A DNA stretch of 64,000 bases from Spirochaetaceae bacterium (GTDB lineage Bacteria; Spirochaetota; Spirochaetia; DSM-2461): assembly GCA_965224705.1 (NCBI GenBank), contig OZ245056.1, positions 2,432,001 to 2,496,000 of the forward strand, given 5' to 3'. Shown in pieces: positions 10,786 to 21,796 of the stretch (position 1 is its first letter; each line of letters begins with the position of its first letter). Below the pieces are notes generated by a model. It was given only the letters and a program-made list of their open reading frames with translations, was not told the DNA's origin and searched no databases. The position numbers and the translations under genes are program-made.

Positions 10786-12491
10786 GTTGTTTCCTCCTGT
10801 GTTTCATTCTCTCGAATCCTGGGGGCCTCGATTATCATTTCCTCGAGAGTGGCTCCGGCAGGCACCATTGGAAAAACATTATCATGCTGTTCTACCACAG
10901 CTTCAATCAAAAAGGGACCTTCATTCCAGTCGAGCGCTGTTCTCAATACCTTTCTTACATCGGAACTGCGTTTGACTCTCAAACCTTTTATACCGTATGC
11001 CGCAGCAAGCTTGATGAAGTCGGGGTTGCCGTCCAGATCCACACCCGTCAGACGATTCTCGTAAAAAAGATGCTGCCACTGACGAACCATACCCAGGTAA
11101 TTATTATTGATGACTAAGATTTTTACGGGCAATTTGCGGACGGCTGCAGTGGCCAGTTCACACAATGTCATCTGAAAAGACCCGTCGCCCACAATTGTAT
11201 AAACCCTTTTATCCGGTCTTGCTATCTGTGCCCCAATAGCCGCCGGAAGACCAAAACCCATTGTTCCGGCTCCTCCGGAGGTCAGCCAGTTTTCTCCTTT
11301 CGTGGATTTCACGAATTGGGCGGCCCACATTTGATGCTGACCCACATCCGTGCAGGCAATGGCATCGTCACCCATCATCAGGGCCATTTCTTCAATGATG
11401 TGCTGAGCTCTCAGTTTTCCTCCCTTGCGGTACTTGAGGGGGAATTCCCGCCGCCATCGGTTCACCTGCTTGATCCATTGTGCTGTATCATTGGGTGAGA
11501 GAAGAGGCAGGAGTTTTTGAAGGGAGTCTTTTGCATCACCAAGCACAGAACTCTGGGGGGAGATGATTTTACCGATTTCCACCGGATCTATATCGAAGTG
11601 GATTTTCACTGCGTTCGGGCAGAATTTGTCCGGGTTTCCCGTGATTCGATCATCCCAGCGGGCACCGATTGCCACGATCAGATCACTTTCACAGAGGGCT
11701 TTATTGGCATAGGCCGTGCCATGCATGCCTGGCAGCCCGAGGCTTAATTCATGGGTATCTGGAAAACTGCCCTTGCCGAGCAGTGTGGTGATAACAGGTA
11801 TTTTCATCTTCTCCGCTACTTTCAGGAGTTCGCTGGAGGCTCCGGACAATTGGACACCATGCCCGGCCATAATGATTGGTTTTTCCGCCCTGTTAATCAG
11901 GCTGGCTGCAATCTTAAGATCCTCGGGATTGGCTGACGGTACCTTGTGATAACCGGGAAGGTCGTACTCCTGATCGTCCGTAAACTCTATTTCCGATGCG
12001 GAGATATCCTTGGGAATATCGATGAGAACAGGTCCAGGGCGTCCTGTGGTTGCTATGTGAACAGCTTCCCTGATGACTCTTGCAATGTCATTCGGATTGG
12101 TTACCATGTAGGAGTGCTTCACGACGGGATAAGACATGCCAAGTACATCCGCTTCCTGAAACGCATCCAATCCGATGAAACGTGTGGCGGACTGCCCTGT
12201 CAGTATCAGCATGGGAACTGAGTCCATCATGGCTGTAAGGATTCCGGTAAGAGTATTGGTTGCTCCAGGTCCGGAAGTGACACATACAACTCCCGGCTTA
12301 GAACTGGATCGGGCATAACCATCAGCCATGTGAGTTGCACCCTGCTCATGCCGGGTAAGAACAAGTTCTACAGGATGATGCGTCAGAGCATCATATATGG
12401 GAATAGAATTCCCTCCAGGTATGCCGAAGACTTGACGAATTCCAATTTCATAGAGAACATCCAGGACAACTTCTGCTACGGTTTTCTTCAT
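10782..12491 (-). CDS. ilvB: Acetolactate synthase large subunit
   Basis: RHEQGATHMADGYAR, TDVGQHQMWAAQ, GDGSFQM TPP motif; ATG 12491 follows GGAGG. Confidence 0.97.
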   Translation of the reverse strand: MKKTVAEVVLDVLYEIGIRQVFGIPGGNSIPIYDALTHHPVELVLTRHEQGATHMADGYARSSSKPGVVCVTSGPGATNTLTGILTAMMDSVPMLILTGQSATRFIGLDAFQEADVLGMSYPVVKHSYMVTNPNDIARVIREAVHIATTGRPGPVLIDIPKDISASEIEFTDDQEYDLPGYHKVPSANPEDLKIAASLINRAEKPIIMAGHGVQLSGASSELLKVAEKMKIPVITTLLGKGSFPDTHELSLGLPGMHGTAYANKALCESDLIVAIGARWDDRITGNPDKFCPNAVKIHFDIDPVEIGKIISPQSSVLGDAKDSLQKLLPLLSPNDTAQWIKQVNRWRREFPLKYRKGGKLRAQHIIEEMALMMGDDAIACTDVGQHQMWAAQFVKSTKGENWLTSGGAGTMGFGLPAAIGAQIARPDKRVYTIVGDGSFQMTLCELATAAVRKLPVKILVINNNYLGMVRQWQHLFYENRLTGVDLDGNPDFIKLAAAYGIKGLRVKRSSDVRKVLRTALDWNEGPFLIEAVVEQHDNVFPMVPAGATLEEMIIEAPRIRENETQEETT

Positions 12492-12731
12492 ATCAACCAC
12501 TATGCCTCCAAAGAATTCTGGAAATATAGATTGCAGAGGGATAAAAGTCAATCAAGATATACGATAGTTTCATATATTTGGTCATAATAGATGCAAAAAA
12601 CATCTTTTACTTGGAATATAGGTGAAAATATGTTAGTTTTTTTGATGATTGAATGCATGTTCTGATAATTTGGGGAATATTTTGTCCAGATTCTTTTGTC
12701 ATGTAGAATAGAATCCATTGCAGGAGTAGTC

Positions 12732-13808
12732 ATGCCCAGGGAGATTTATAATGTCAACATTCTCAGCCAACGCCCGCTGATCAGTCCCGAGAAACTCAAA
12801 ACTGAACACCCGTTTGACGATGAAATCAAGAATACAATCATCAGTTTTCGAGAGGAAATCGTTCGTATTCTTACACATGAGGATGACAGGTTTCTGATTA
12901 TAACCGGACCATGCTCCATTCACGATATGAAGTCAGCTGTTGAGTATGCTCAGAAATTAAAAATTTTAAGAGACCGCTACAAGGACACTCTCAATATAAT
13001 GATGCGTGTTTACTTTGAAAAACCACGGACAACACTTGGCTGGCGGGGCTTTATAATTGACCCCTATCTTGATGGTTCCTACAACATTCAGGATGGACTC
13101 AAAGAAGCTCGAAATCTCTTGCTTGAAATGGTAGAAACTGGTATACCAGTTGGAACGGAAGTTCTGGATCCTGTCATCCCGGAGTACATTGGCGATCTTG
13201 TTTCCTGGGCGGCTATTGGAGCTCGTACAACTGAGTCTCAGACACATCGGGAAATTGCCAGCGGCCTGTCCATGCCTGTGGGATTCAAAAATGGTACGGA
13301 TGGAGATTTGAACAAGGCTGTCAATGCCATCCTCTCAGCACAGCACAGTCACAGCTTCATTGGAATTGACCAGAGAGGTCAAACCTGCATTCTTAATACT
13401 CAGGGAAACAGGACAGGACATCTTATTGTCAGGGGAGGAAATTCAGGTCCTAATTATTATGAAGAAGATATCATACGGGCAGAGAATTCCCTTACAGAAG
13501 CAGGTGTATTGCCATCTATACTCATTGACTGCTCCCATGCCAATTCGGGTAAGCAGCATAAAAAACAATCCGGGGTATTCCAGGCAGCACTGGATCTCAG
13601 GGAAAGAGGAAGGAATTCTGTGAGAGGGGTGATGTTGGAGAGTCATCTGGTTGCCGGACGACAGGATATGACTGATAATTCTTTCAAGCTCAAATATGGG
13701 CAATCCATTACCGATTCCTGCATCGGCTGGAATGAAACGGAGATGCTCCTATCCATGGCTGCTCAAAGACTTTCGCAGAGATTCTGCGGCAGAATGGAGA
13801 ATGTATGA
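12732..13808 (+). CDS. DAHP synthase, class I-alpha (AroF/G/H type)
   Basis: GPCSIHD, RVYFEKPRT, IGARTTESQTHRE, DCSHANS, YGQSITDSC; ATG 12732 follows AGGAG. Confidence 0.96.
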   Translation: MPREIYNVNILSQRPLISPEKLKTEHPFDDEIKNTIISFREEIVRILTHEDDRFLIITGPCSIHDMKSAVEYAQKLKILRDRYKDTLNIMMRVYFEKPRTTLGWRGFIIDPYLDGSYNIQDGLKEARNLLLEMVETGIPVGTEVLDPVIPEYIGDLVSWAAIGARTTESQTHREIASGLSMPVGFKNGTDGDLNKAVNAILSAQHSHSFIGIDQRGQTCILNTQGNRTGHLIVRGGNSGPNYYEEDIIRAENSLTEAGVLPSILIDCSHANSGKQHKKQSGVFQAALDLRERGRNSVRGVMLESHLVAGRQDMTDNSFKLKYGQSITDSCIGWNETEMLLSMAAQRLSQRFCGRMENV

Positions 13809-15271
13809 CGCGGCGTGAAAGACTGAGCCAGCGTTTAGCTGTCTTAATTGAGTCATTGCTTGAAAAAAAGGCTTCATGGTCTGGTGACTTTTACTCCGGT
13901 ATCAGTCTGGAAGGCCGGTCTGTTCACTGGTTTCTCACTGCCCAGCGTATAGGAAAACGTCTCAATCTTATTGAAACCGTTACCGGATCCGATCAGGATT
14001 CAAGGGTTGTACGGGCATGGACAGTTATTTCTGCGGGAAAGGATCAATGGAGCCTTGAAGCCGCTGAAAAAAACCATGAAGAGTTACCGGAAGAATGGAT
14101 AAATGATGAACTTGAAGAGACAATTGGCCGCCTGGAAGACCCGGAAACAGCAAGGTCAACATTGGAAGTTCCCAAGGCCAGATTGATTGACTCAATCGTT
14201 CCTTCACCAATTCATGGAACATGGCCCAGGCGTTTACGGCTCGGATATGGAATCGGGGTATTCATACTGGCGTTTTTCATTCTGGTAACAGTCAGTACGT
14301 ATCAATTTCACAGGATGGCAGGTCTGGTCAGGGAGATTCATTCGACTATAGATGTATCCTCAACCAGACAGATCCAGACGGATCAGACAATCAGTGCCCG
14401 GCTGAAAGCCATGGACAATGAAATAGAGAAACTCAGGAATGATATTCAGCGGGAACGCATGGCCTTTGAATTCACCCGCAAAAATACGGCTATGTCACTT
14501 CGAGAACAGGCGGAAGGTTTCTCACGGGATGACTACTCCAGATTCCGTGCCTGGAACCATCTCGCAGATCGGGTTGAATATGCTGGTAGTTATGGAGATA
14601 TCTTCCAGGAAATCTCACGTTTACCTGAAAATAATGCCCAGGCCGAGACAGTGATGGCACTGGATAGAGCCAGGATAGTTCCTTTGTCGGCATATCGTTC
14701 AACTGTTCACCAGTTGTTGTTTCCGGTTCGTCTGGATGGCAAAGGGGCCGATGGAGATGATTTCATGATTTCCAGTGGTTTCGGAGAATTGCGTCCCTCC
14801 AGTCTGGGTACAGGCGGATATTTGCCCCACATGGCTGTTGATATTATCAATATCAGAAACATTCTCACCGTTACCCCGGGAAACTCCATCATACGATTTC
14901 CAGGTGAACCCGGAAATGTTGTAGCGTCAGCGAATGGCGAGGTAGTCGAGAAGGAATACAGCAGCATCTACGGCTGGTTTATCGAGGTGAATCATCCCAT
15001 CAATCCGATCTGGCAGAAGAATTTTTCGGGACTGAAATATCTCACAACTTTCTATGCACATCTGGCCGATAAGCCGGTCTGGAATGTGGGAGATGCCGTG
15101 CGTCAAAGTGATAAGCTTGGTTCTATAGGCAATACTGGTAAGACAACAGGGCCTCATCTTCATTTTGAAGTGAGAGTTTATCGAGATAATGCAGAGTTTC
15201 ACGGTAAACTTGGAAAATTTGACAGAATCAATCCCTTCGTCCCGATTGGGAATCAGGGTTTGGAGCCATAA
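13805..15271 (+). CDS. Membrane-anchored M23 family metallopeptidase
   Basis: TM helix, coiled coil, HMAVD (HxxxD), YAHL, GNTGKTTGPHLHFEVR. Confidence 0.88.
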   Translation: MTRRERLSQRLAVLIESLLEKKASWSGDFYSGISLEGRSVHWFLTAQRIGKRLNLIETVTGSDQDSRVVRAWTVISAGKDQWSLEAAEKNHEELPEEWINDELEETIGRLEDPETARSTLEVPKARLIDSIVPSPIHGTWPRRLRLGYGIGVFILAFFILVTVSTYQFHRMAGLVREIHSTIDVSSTRQIQTDQTISARLKAMDNEIEKLRNDIQRERMAFEFTRKNTAMSLREQAEGFSRDDYSRFRAWNHLADRVEYAGSYGDIFQEISRLPENNAQAETVMALDRARIVPLSAYRSTVHQLLFPVRLDGKGADGDDFMISSGFGELRPSSLGTGGYLPHMAVDIINIRNILTVTPGNSIIRFPGEPGNVVASANGEVVEKEYSSIYGWFIEVNHPINPIWQKNFSGLKYLTTFYAHLADKPVWNVGDAVRQSDKLGSIGNTGKTTGPHLHFEVRVYRDNAEFHGKLGKFDRINPFVPIGNQGLEP

Positions 15272-15663
15272 ACCTCCAGGGGATTGAACAGGGGATCAGA
15301 AATGATTTTCAATTTGTTATCTTCAATACGGTAGAAGAAACAGCTTCTTCGGCCTGTATGACACGCAGCATCTCCTGCTTGCTGGACCTTTAGAAGAACT
15401 GTATCCCTGTCACAATCCAGAAAAATCTCCTTCACATATTGTTTATTGCCCGAAGTTTCGCCTTTCTCCCATATGCGGCATTGTGATCTCGACCAATAAA
15501 CGGCGACACCTCGTTCCATGGTCATATTCCACGCCTCAAGGTTCATCCACGCCAGCATCAAAACTTCACCAGAGGTATAATCCTGTGCGATAACCGGAAC
15601 CAGTCCGCTTGCTTCATTAAAACTGGGTATCAAAGGGGATTCAGCTTTCAAGGCGTTCTTCAA
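15253..15663 (-). CDS. hisI: Phosphoribosyl-AMP cyclohydrolase
   Basis: YWSRS..IWEKGETSGN, DCDRDT, AACHTGRRSCF. Confidence 0.95.
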   Translation of the reverse strand: MKNALKAESPLIPSFNEASGLVPVIAQDYTSGEVLMLAWMNLEAWNMTMERGVAVYWSRSQCRIWEKGETSGNKQYVKEIFLDCDRDTVLLKVQQAGDAACHTGRRSCFFYRIEDNKLKIISDPLFNPLEVYGSKP

Positions 15664-16102
15664 TCGGACTCAACAGGAAGTGAAGCTCATCGCAGGAGAT
15701 AACTCGATTGTCGGGTTTTCTGCCATCCAGTTTACTGAGTTTTTCTTTGATTATTAGAATATCATCCAGATGATCGGCTGCAATCTTCTTGATTTCTGAA
15801 AATTCAGGCTTGAATACTGTCAGGTAGTCATCTTTCGCCCTGAGAATGGTTTCAAGCAGTTTTCCATACACGACTTTAGTTTTCATGATGGAATGGAGAT
15901 GGGTCGGACCGTGGATGAGATTGTTATTCTCGATCAATGATGTGTAGATTTTTTGAATAATTGTATTGATGAAGAGGCAGTCTTCAAGAATTTTCGATGC
16001 AAAATACTCCGCATTGACATTGAGTTTGATGGCATCATGGAGATTACGAATCATCACCATGAGAAAGAAGATATTGTCATCATATTGAATTCTTTTCGTC
16101 AT
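15641..16102 (-). CDS. Hypothetical protein
   Basis: 153 aa ORF (IQYDDNIFFL...ISCDELHFLL) overlapping the hisI start. Confidence 0.7.
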   Translation of the reverse strand: MTKRIQYDDNIFFLMVMIRNLHDAIKLNVNAEYFASKILEDCLFINTIIQKIYTSLIENNNLIHGPTHLHSIMKTKVVYGKLLETILRAKDDYLTVFKPEFSEIKKIAADHLDDILIIKEKLSKLDGRKPDNRVISCDELHFLLSPIEERLES

Positions 16103-16183
16103 ATCAGTTCTATTACTCTTTCTTTATCGGTGAGTGCGATGATTTGCTTGACGCTATTTCGATTTTCATATAGTCTTCTTTGA

Positions 16184-16227
16184 CTCCTTTCCTATACTAT
16201 TTATAGGACAAGTATGTCCATAAGGAG
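16184..16227 (+). promoter_or_regulatory. Putative rpsF (S6:S18-type) ribosomal protein leader
   Basis: CTCCTT (16184-16189) can pair with SD AAGGAG (16222-16227), enclosing hairpin CCTATA-ctatt-TATAGG; position expected for an autoregulatory leader. Confidence 0.5.
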
Positions 16228-16234
16228 ACTGAGA

Positions 16235-16525
16235 ATGAGGAACTACGAATTGGTTTGTGCCTTCCGAATAAAGGAAGCACAGGATGTTAAAGGAATTGAG
16301 GCAGTCAAAGAAATACTGACCAATATCAAGTCTGACATCAAATCTGAAGTCGATATGGGAGACAGGGAACTTGCTTACGAAGTGGACAATGAAACTCGGG
16401 CACGTTACCGTCTGTTCAATATTGAACTGGATCAGAAATCACTTCCCAGAGTTGAGGAATCGTTGAAGCTGCGTACAGAAATTCTACGCTACCTTTTTGT
16501 CGCTAAGCAATTATCAACAGTTTAG
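16235..16525 (+). CDS. rpsF: 30S ribosomal protein S6
   Basis: MRNYEL, GDRELAYEV, ILRYLF; rpsF-ssb-rpsR-rplI order. Confidence 0.95.
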   Translation: MRNYELVCAFRIKEAQDVKGIEAVKEILTNIKSDIKSEVDMGDRELAYEVDNETRARYRLFNIELDQKSLPRVEESLKLRTEILRYLFVAKQLSTV

Positions 16526-16533
16526 GAGGGAAT

Positions 16534-16989
16534 ATGGCCGATATAAATAAAGTTGTATTGGTTGGGCGACTCACTCGAGATGCAGAACAATCCTATACAA
16601 GGAATGGTTTTGCCCTTCTGAAGTTTGCAGTTGCTGTGAATCGGCGACGAAAGCAGGGTGATCAATGGATTGATGAAGCAAATTTTTTTGATGCGACAGT
16701 TTTTGGGCGTCAGGGAGAAGCGATTGCGTCCTTTATGAAGAAGGGGAAACAGGTCGCCATCGAGGGACAGCTTCATCAGGAACGATGGGAAGCCCAGGAT
16801 GGATCAAAACGTTCGAAAGTAAGCATAGATGTGAATAATATTCAACTTCTGGGATCAGGTCGCAGGGATGACTTTACTTCAGAGAGTGATTACCAGCCCC
16901 ATGCGGATAAAGAGCCCCTCCCCGCACAGAGTTCCGGAGCCAGCATTGGATTCCCGGAGACGAATTTTGAAGATGATATACCATTCTAG
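16534..16989 (+). CDS. ssb: Single-stranded DNA-binding protein
   Basis: NKVVLVGRLTRD OB fold, C-terminal FEDDIPF. Confidence 0.98.
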   Translation: MADINKVVLVGRLTRDAEQSYTRNGFALLKFAVAVNRRRKQGDQWIDEANFFDATVFGRQGEAIASFMKKGKQVAIEGQLHQERWEAQDGSKRSKVSIDVNNIQLLGSGRRDDFTSESDYQPHADKEPLPAQSSGASIGFPETNFEDDIPF

Positions 16990-17151
16990 GAGTCTGTCGG
17001 ACTTACGCCTCACGGCTCGATTTTTGCCCTTTTCCCCTGCTGCTGCGTTGCCAAAATACTCACGTAGCCCAGCTACGCTCCGTTTTTGTCGCCTTGCATC
17101 AGGGAAAAATCATCAAAAATCGCCTCAAAGACTTAAAGTCCGACGGACTCC
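16989..17151 (+). mobile_element. MITE-like element copy 1 (163 bp, ~16 bp terminal inverted repeats)
   Basis: GGAGTCTGTCGGACTT...AAGTCCGACGGACTCC; internal hairpin CGTAGC-cca-GCTACG; homologous to copies at 21797-22124 and 40356-40570. Confidence 0.85.
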
Positions 17152-17175
17152 CGAGAAAACATAAGGAGAGAAATA

Positions 17176-17481
17176 ATGTCTGATCATAGTAATGAAATGA
17201 GAGCGGATTCCCATGATTATCGTTCATCCGGACTCCGCGATGACAGGGACGACAGAGGAGGAGCTCGCCGCAAATTTTTCAGACGGAAGGTTTGCAGAGT
17301 GTGTATTGGCAAGATCAGGATTGACTACAAGGAATCGGATGCACTCAGCCGTTTCACAACAGAAAGAGGTAAGATTCTCCCCCGTCGGATTACCGGTACC
17401 TGTGCCAGACATCAAAGGCTGGTTGCGCGTGAGATTAAGAGGGCCAGAATTCTGGCCCTACTCCCGTTTGCCGCTAAGTAA
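17176..17481 (+). CDS. rpsR: 30S ribosomal protein S18
   Basis: [31 protein letters not shown]. Confidence 0.98.
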   Translation: MSDHSNEMRADSHDYRSSGLRDDRDDRGGARRKFFRRKVCRVCIGKIRIDYKESDALSRFTTERGKILPRRITGTCARHQRLVAREIKRARILALLPFAAK

Positions 17482-17493
17482 GGAGACCTGTCA

Positions 17494-18048
17494 ATGAAAA
17501 TCATACTTTACAGTGATGTTCCCAACCTTGGTGAGGAGGGTGATGTCAAAGTCGTTGCTGATGGCTATGCTCGAAATTATCTGATTCCCCGTAAATTTGC
17601 TGTACGATACTCGAAAGCAACAGAAATGGAATTGACCCAGAAACAAAGAGCAATTTCCCAGCGTAAGGCTGAAAAAACACTTGCGGCTGCTGGAGACAAG
17701 ACCAGAATTGAGTTGTTGGAAATGAATCTGGATGTTGCGGCAGGGGAATCCGGAAAACTTTTTGGTTCGGTTACCAGTTCCGCTGTTGCCGATTATCTGA
17801 GCATTCAGGGGATAATGGTCGAACGGAAGAGAATTGAATTACCGGACAGTGGAATCAAAGTTGTTGGTTCTCACTCAGTGACAGTCAAACTCTATGGCGG
17901 TGAAAGGGCTGTTCTAAAAGTCAATGTTTCGGCTATCGGGAATACGGACTCTGTGGCAGCGCAGGAAATTGCTGACAGCGATAAACCGAACAATCTGCCG
18001 TCAATTGAAGATGAGGATTCAGAAATCGAAATCAACGGGGAGGAATGA
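17494..18048 (+). CDS. rplI: 50S ribosomal protein L9
   Basis: LGEEGDVKVVADGYARNYLIP, GKLFGSVT; acidic tail. Confidence 0.98.
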   Translation: MKIILYSDVPNLGEEGDVKVVADGYARNYLIPRKFAVRYSKATEMELTQKQRAISQRKAEKTLAAAGDKTRIELLEMNLDVAAGESGKLFGSVTSSAVADYLSIQGIMVERKRIELPDSGIKVVGSHSVTVKLYGGERAVLKVNVSAIGNTDSVAAQEIADSDKPNNLPSIEDEDSEIEINGEE

Positions 18049-19406
18049 TATCTTTGGCGATGGAGTCACTACAAAAATCAATTCCTCCATACAATGAAGA
18101 GGCGGAAATGGCCACTCTTGGAGCTCTACTGCTCAATTTCTCCGTGGATTTCCTGGACGAAGTTCAACAGCATGTCAATGCTGATGATTTTTATAAGAGT
18201 GCTCATCAACTCATATTCAAGGGAATTGCCACTCTTAATGAAAAGGGCGAGGGAGTTGATATCCTCACTCTCACTGACATGCTTACCTCTACGGGTGACA
18301 TAGAGAGGGTCGGTGGAACATCGTACATAGCATCCCTCACATCCAGAGTTCCTACAACGGCCAATGTTTCCTACTATGCGAAGATCGTTAAGGAAGCAAG
18401 TATGCGCCGTTCTTTGCTTAAGGCGGCAAGGGATGTCATTGCCCAGGTTTACGATGATACATTGGAGATTCGTCATGCAATTGAAGAGGCAGAGAAATCT
18501 ATTTTTGACCTCATCGACAACCAGAGACGGGGAGAACTCAAACCAGCCGGATCCGTGATATCGGATACGGTTAAGAAAATCGAAGAACGAATTCATTCAA
18601 AGCAGGCATACACCGGAATACCGTCAGGATTCAAGGAGATTGACACCCTCACCAGTGGTTTTCAGGATTCAGAGGTAACAATTATTGGAGCCAGACCATC
18701 CGTCGGTAAAACAGCATTGGCTCTTACCATGGCAACCAATATTGCCGTAAGGAGTAATATTCCCTGCGGATTTTTTACCCTGGAGATGTCTGCGGTCTCA
18801 CTGATGATGAGGATTGTATCATCGGTCAGCAACATAGATTCCAACAAAATCCGCACTGGATTAATGGGAAAGAAGGATATGAATAAACTCACATTGGCTG
18901 CAGGAGATATCTATGAAGCTCCATTGATATTGCAGGATACTCCCAACATCCCTCTTCTCGATCTTCGATCTCTGGCCAGAAAAATGGTCATTAAGCACAT
19001 GGTTCGGATCATTTTCATTGATTACCTGGGCCTGATAACCCCTGAAGATATTTCTATTCCACGTCATGAGCAAATTGCATCTATCAGCCGTTCCTTGAAA
19101 TCTCTTGCTCGTGAACTCAACATCCCTGTCGTTGCCCTCTCCCAGGTTGGCCGACAGTCACATTTTAAAGCACCCTCATTAGCTGATTTGCGTGAGTCAG
19201 GAGCTTTGGAGCAGGATGCCGATGTTGTATTCTTGCTGTATCGAGAACACGATGCGGATAAAACAGGTGCTGAACAACAGAGCAGTGAATTTGTTGAAAC
19301 TATACTATCGGTCGCCAAGCAGCGAAACGGCCCTACTGGAGTTTTGAAGCTTAATTTCATACCTCGATATACACGTTATCAGCAATTCAATTATGATGGT
19401 GCTTAG
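18045..19406 (+). CDS. dnaB: Replicative DNA helicase
   Basis: GARPSVGKT, IDYLGL, LADLRESGALEQDAD, KQRNGPTG. Confidence 0.98.
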   Translation: MISLAMESLQKSIPPYNEEAEMATLGALLLNFSVDFLDEVQQHVNADDFYKSAHQLIFKGIATLNEKGEGVDILTLTDMLTSTGDIERVGGTSYIASLTSRVPTTANVSYYAKIVKEASMRRSLLKAARDVIAQVYDDTLEIRHAIEEAEKSIFDLIDNQRRGELKPAGSVISDTVKKIEERIHSKQAYTGIPSGFKEIDTLTSGFQDSEVTIIGARPSVGKTALALTMATNIAVRSNIPCGFFTLEMSAVSLMMRIVSSVSNIDSNKIRTGLMGKKDMNKLTLAAGDIYEAPLILQDTPNIPLLDLRSLARKMVIKHMVRIIFIDYLGLITPEDISIPRHEQIASISRSLKSLARELNIPVVALSQVGRQSHFKAPSLADLRESGALEQDADVVFLLYREHDADKTGAEQQSSEFVETILSVAKQRNGPTGVLKLNFIPRYTRYQQFNYDGA

Positions 19407-19414
19407 GAGGAATT

Positions 19415-19720
19415 ATGGCTCTATCTGATATGTATGATCTTTCAGTTCTCGGCAATCAAATCGAAGAATTTGTATTCGATGAGTTGGAAAGCCAGCTTGA
19501 TTCAGTTGAACACAAAGGCATCTGTAAGTGCAATGATTGCATTCTTGACATGGCTTGTTTTGCTCTGAATCAGCTCTCACCCAGTTACAGCTCATCCCTG
19601 ATGGGAAAAATCTACAACCAGGAAGTATATCAAAATGAAATACCAAAAGTTAAAGCAAAAGTCAGGGAAGCTATAATTAAAATTAGTCAGAATCCATTGT
19701 GCGGCAATAATACTCTTTAA
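19415..19720 (+). CDS. ComFB family protein
   Basis: CKCNDCILDMACFALNQLSPSY Zn-binding signature; RBS AGGAGG. Confidence 0.85.
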   Translation: MALSDMYDLSVLGNQIEEFVFDELESQLDSVEHKGICKCNDCILDMACFALNQLSPSYSSSLMGKIYNQEVYQNEIPKVKAKVREAIIKISQNPLCGNNTL

Positions 19721-21789
19721 TTCAGATCCAGGATATTCAGGTTTTTCAGCCTGGATGGATTGAGTTCTTTTCTACCGCTGTACAGGATGAAATTCCCCAG
19801 TGCTTCTTTGGTTGTCCACATTGTATCCCGGTTCGGACTCTGGGCCAGCCATAGATCTCCCTTGAAGAAACGGACACTCAGCAAGGCTTGCTTACCTCTT
19901 TTTGCATCCCAGAGAATCAGTTTCCCGCCCGCATCTATTCCGTAGAGAAAATTTCCCTGTTCGTAGAGACTTATTATCTGTTCATCCCATTCAAATTTTT
20001 TCCTCTGATTTCCGCTAATCCTGGTTATTGTACCGCCTAGAGTCGTGTACACTCCACCATCTGATTGATCTGGAATAACAATGGCATTGAAATCTTCACC
20101 ATCGATTCGAGCCAGTAGTCTGGAAACCGCGGGATCTTCAATATTATGAGCCCTCAGTTCTGTGGTCATCTCACCGCGATTTTTTCGGGAAGCACCCAGA
20201 GTGTAAAAGAATTGTCCATCAGAAGTAATGCTGTAAACTATAAATCGATCATCAGGAATGGGAGAGGACTCTTTTGTTGACATCTCAATTCTTTCCAGAG
20301 AAGCATGGTTTTTCTTATTAACGGATCGGCCGACAAGGACGAAATTCCCATCTGGAGAATAAGATGCATCCAGTATTCCCAGAGATGTGTATTTATCCAG
20401 TATCATTCCGTTCTGGATGTCTGAAATTCGTATCGTCCCGGTATTATCCACGGTCAGGGTCTGTTCACTGTCAATGACTTCAAGTTCCTGTATCATTGTA
20501 TTGTTCATTAGATATTTCATGTCTGCGGGATAATCGAAATCTAAAACTCTTATTCCTTTATCAGCTGTCTGTTCAGTCCACAGAAGAACGTCACCGTTAG
20601 AGATGATTTCCAGACCAGTGCCCCCAACAGATAGACCTGACATTGTCAGATTATCTGTGAGTTTTTCCAGATTATTGGAATCTTCATGGGAGTTTGAATT
20701 AAAAAATGGAGATGTGAAACGCAGTATTCTGCGACTGTTACTGATGTACATTTGATCATTGTAAAACTCTGAATCCTGTGGATACCACAGTACATCACGG
20801 ATGATTTCTGATAACCCCAGTTCTGTATGCTGGAATAATTCACCAGAAGAAGTCGCAATATAGGTATGATCTTTGTCTCTGGTAATGCTGACAGGGGGAG
20901 ATGGTGTCTGCAATAGGAATTTTGTCGGCTTGTAGTCTCTGTCAATGAAATCTCCATCAATTATTGTAAACTGCTGAACCATTGAACCTGAGTTCGTTTG
21001 AACGAGAACGTCCAGGTAGCCATTTGAAGCATCAATGACGGTATCAATAATTCCAGGGATACTCAATGTACTCTGAACAGCACCTGTTTGACGGTTGATA
21101 GTGTAAAGGGTGTCGGAATTGCGGGCGAGTAGATTCAGTTTTTCACCAGTCTGAAGTACAACAATATCCTGTAAGTCCGGAAGTGTGTTGACAGTCATTT
21201 TTCGGGCCGATGCCGAAATATCCCAGTAATGAATGACGCCGCTTGAAGAGTACGCCATCAAAATTTTTTCAGTTCGACCGATGTATCCCATGTCGTACAA
21301 TGAGGAGATGTTCTTCAAGTAGGATAATTGTCGGCCAGTTTTGCTCTCGATAATGAGTATGTTGGGTGCATCAATTTTTCCTGCAACCAGATATTTCCCC
21401 CTGGTAGACCAGGATATGTAAAGAGGTTGGGCATTGAAAGAAAACCTGTATAGTTCTTTCTCGTCATTCCAATCCCAGACAGAAAGGGTGTATGAATCAT
21501 TCTCTGATGAGATCAATGCTATTCTGTTTCCTGTTGGATCGCTTCGAAACAGATGACTTTTACCATTTGTTACCTTGATTCGATGGAGAACTTTTCTGGA
21601 TTTCGGATTGGTAACGATGAGTATTCCATCCTGCCCGACAGAAAGAATCATGCCGGATTTCCTGTGCCACTGTACATCAACAGGTTTACCCCTGTGAAAC
21701 GATTGGATGACAAGTCGATCAACGGCTGATACCTGATGAACAGACAACGCAAAGAACAGGATGAAAGATACAGGCTGGAAGAATCGCAT
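19717..21789 (-). CDS. Secreted WD40/beta-propeller-like protein
   Basis: Likely start ATG 21789 (MRFFQPVSFILFFALSVHQVSA signal peptide, GGAG upstream); WD-type strands (LSVWDW, IHYWDI, LILWDA). The ORF-track extension to 22137 is repeat-derived. Confidence 0.8.
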   Translation of the reverse strand: MRFFQPVSFILFFALSVHQVSAVDRLVIQSFHRGKPVDVQWHRKSGMILSVGQDGILIVTNPKSRKVLHRIKVTNGKSHLFRSDPTGNRIALISSENDSYTLSVWDWNDEKELYRFSFNAQPLYISWSTRGKYLVAGKIDAPNILIIESKTGRQLSYLKNISSLYDMGYIGRTEKILMAYSSSGVIHYWDISASARKMTVNTLPDLQDIVVLQTGEKLNLLARNSDTLYTINRQTGAVQSTLSIPGIIDTVIDASNGYLDVLVQTNSGSMVQQFTIIDGDFIDRDYKPTKFLLQTPSPPVSITRDKDHTYIATSSGELFQHTELGLSEIIRDVLWYPQDSEFYNDQMYISNSRRILRFTSPFFNSNSHEDSNNLEKLTDNLTMSGLSVGGTGLEIISNGDVLLWTEQTADKGIRVLDFDYPADMKYLMNNTMIQELEVIDSEQTLTVDNTGTIRISDIQNGMILDKYTSLGILDASYSPDGNFVLVGRSVNKKNHASLERIEMSTKESSPIPDDRFIVYSITSDGQFFYTLGASRKNRGEMTTELRAHNIEDPAVSRLLARIDGEDFNAIVIPDQSDGGVYTTLGGTITRISGNQRKKFEWDEQIISLYEQGNFLYGIDAGGKLILWDAKRGKQALLSVRFFKGDLWLAQSPNRDTMWTTKEALGNFILYSGRKELNPSRLKNLNILDLN

Positions 21790-21796
21790 TACTCCA

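Noticed and set aside
16868..17164. 98 aa ORF between ssb and rpsR
   Set aside because: Out-of-frame overlap with ssb plus read-through of MITE copy 1
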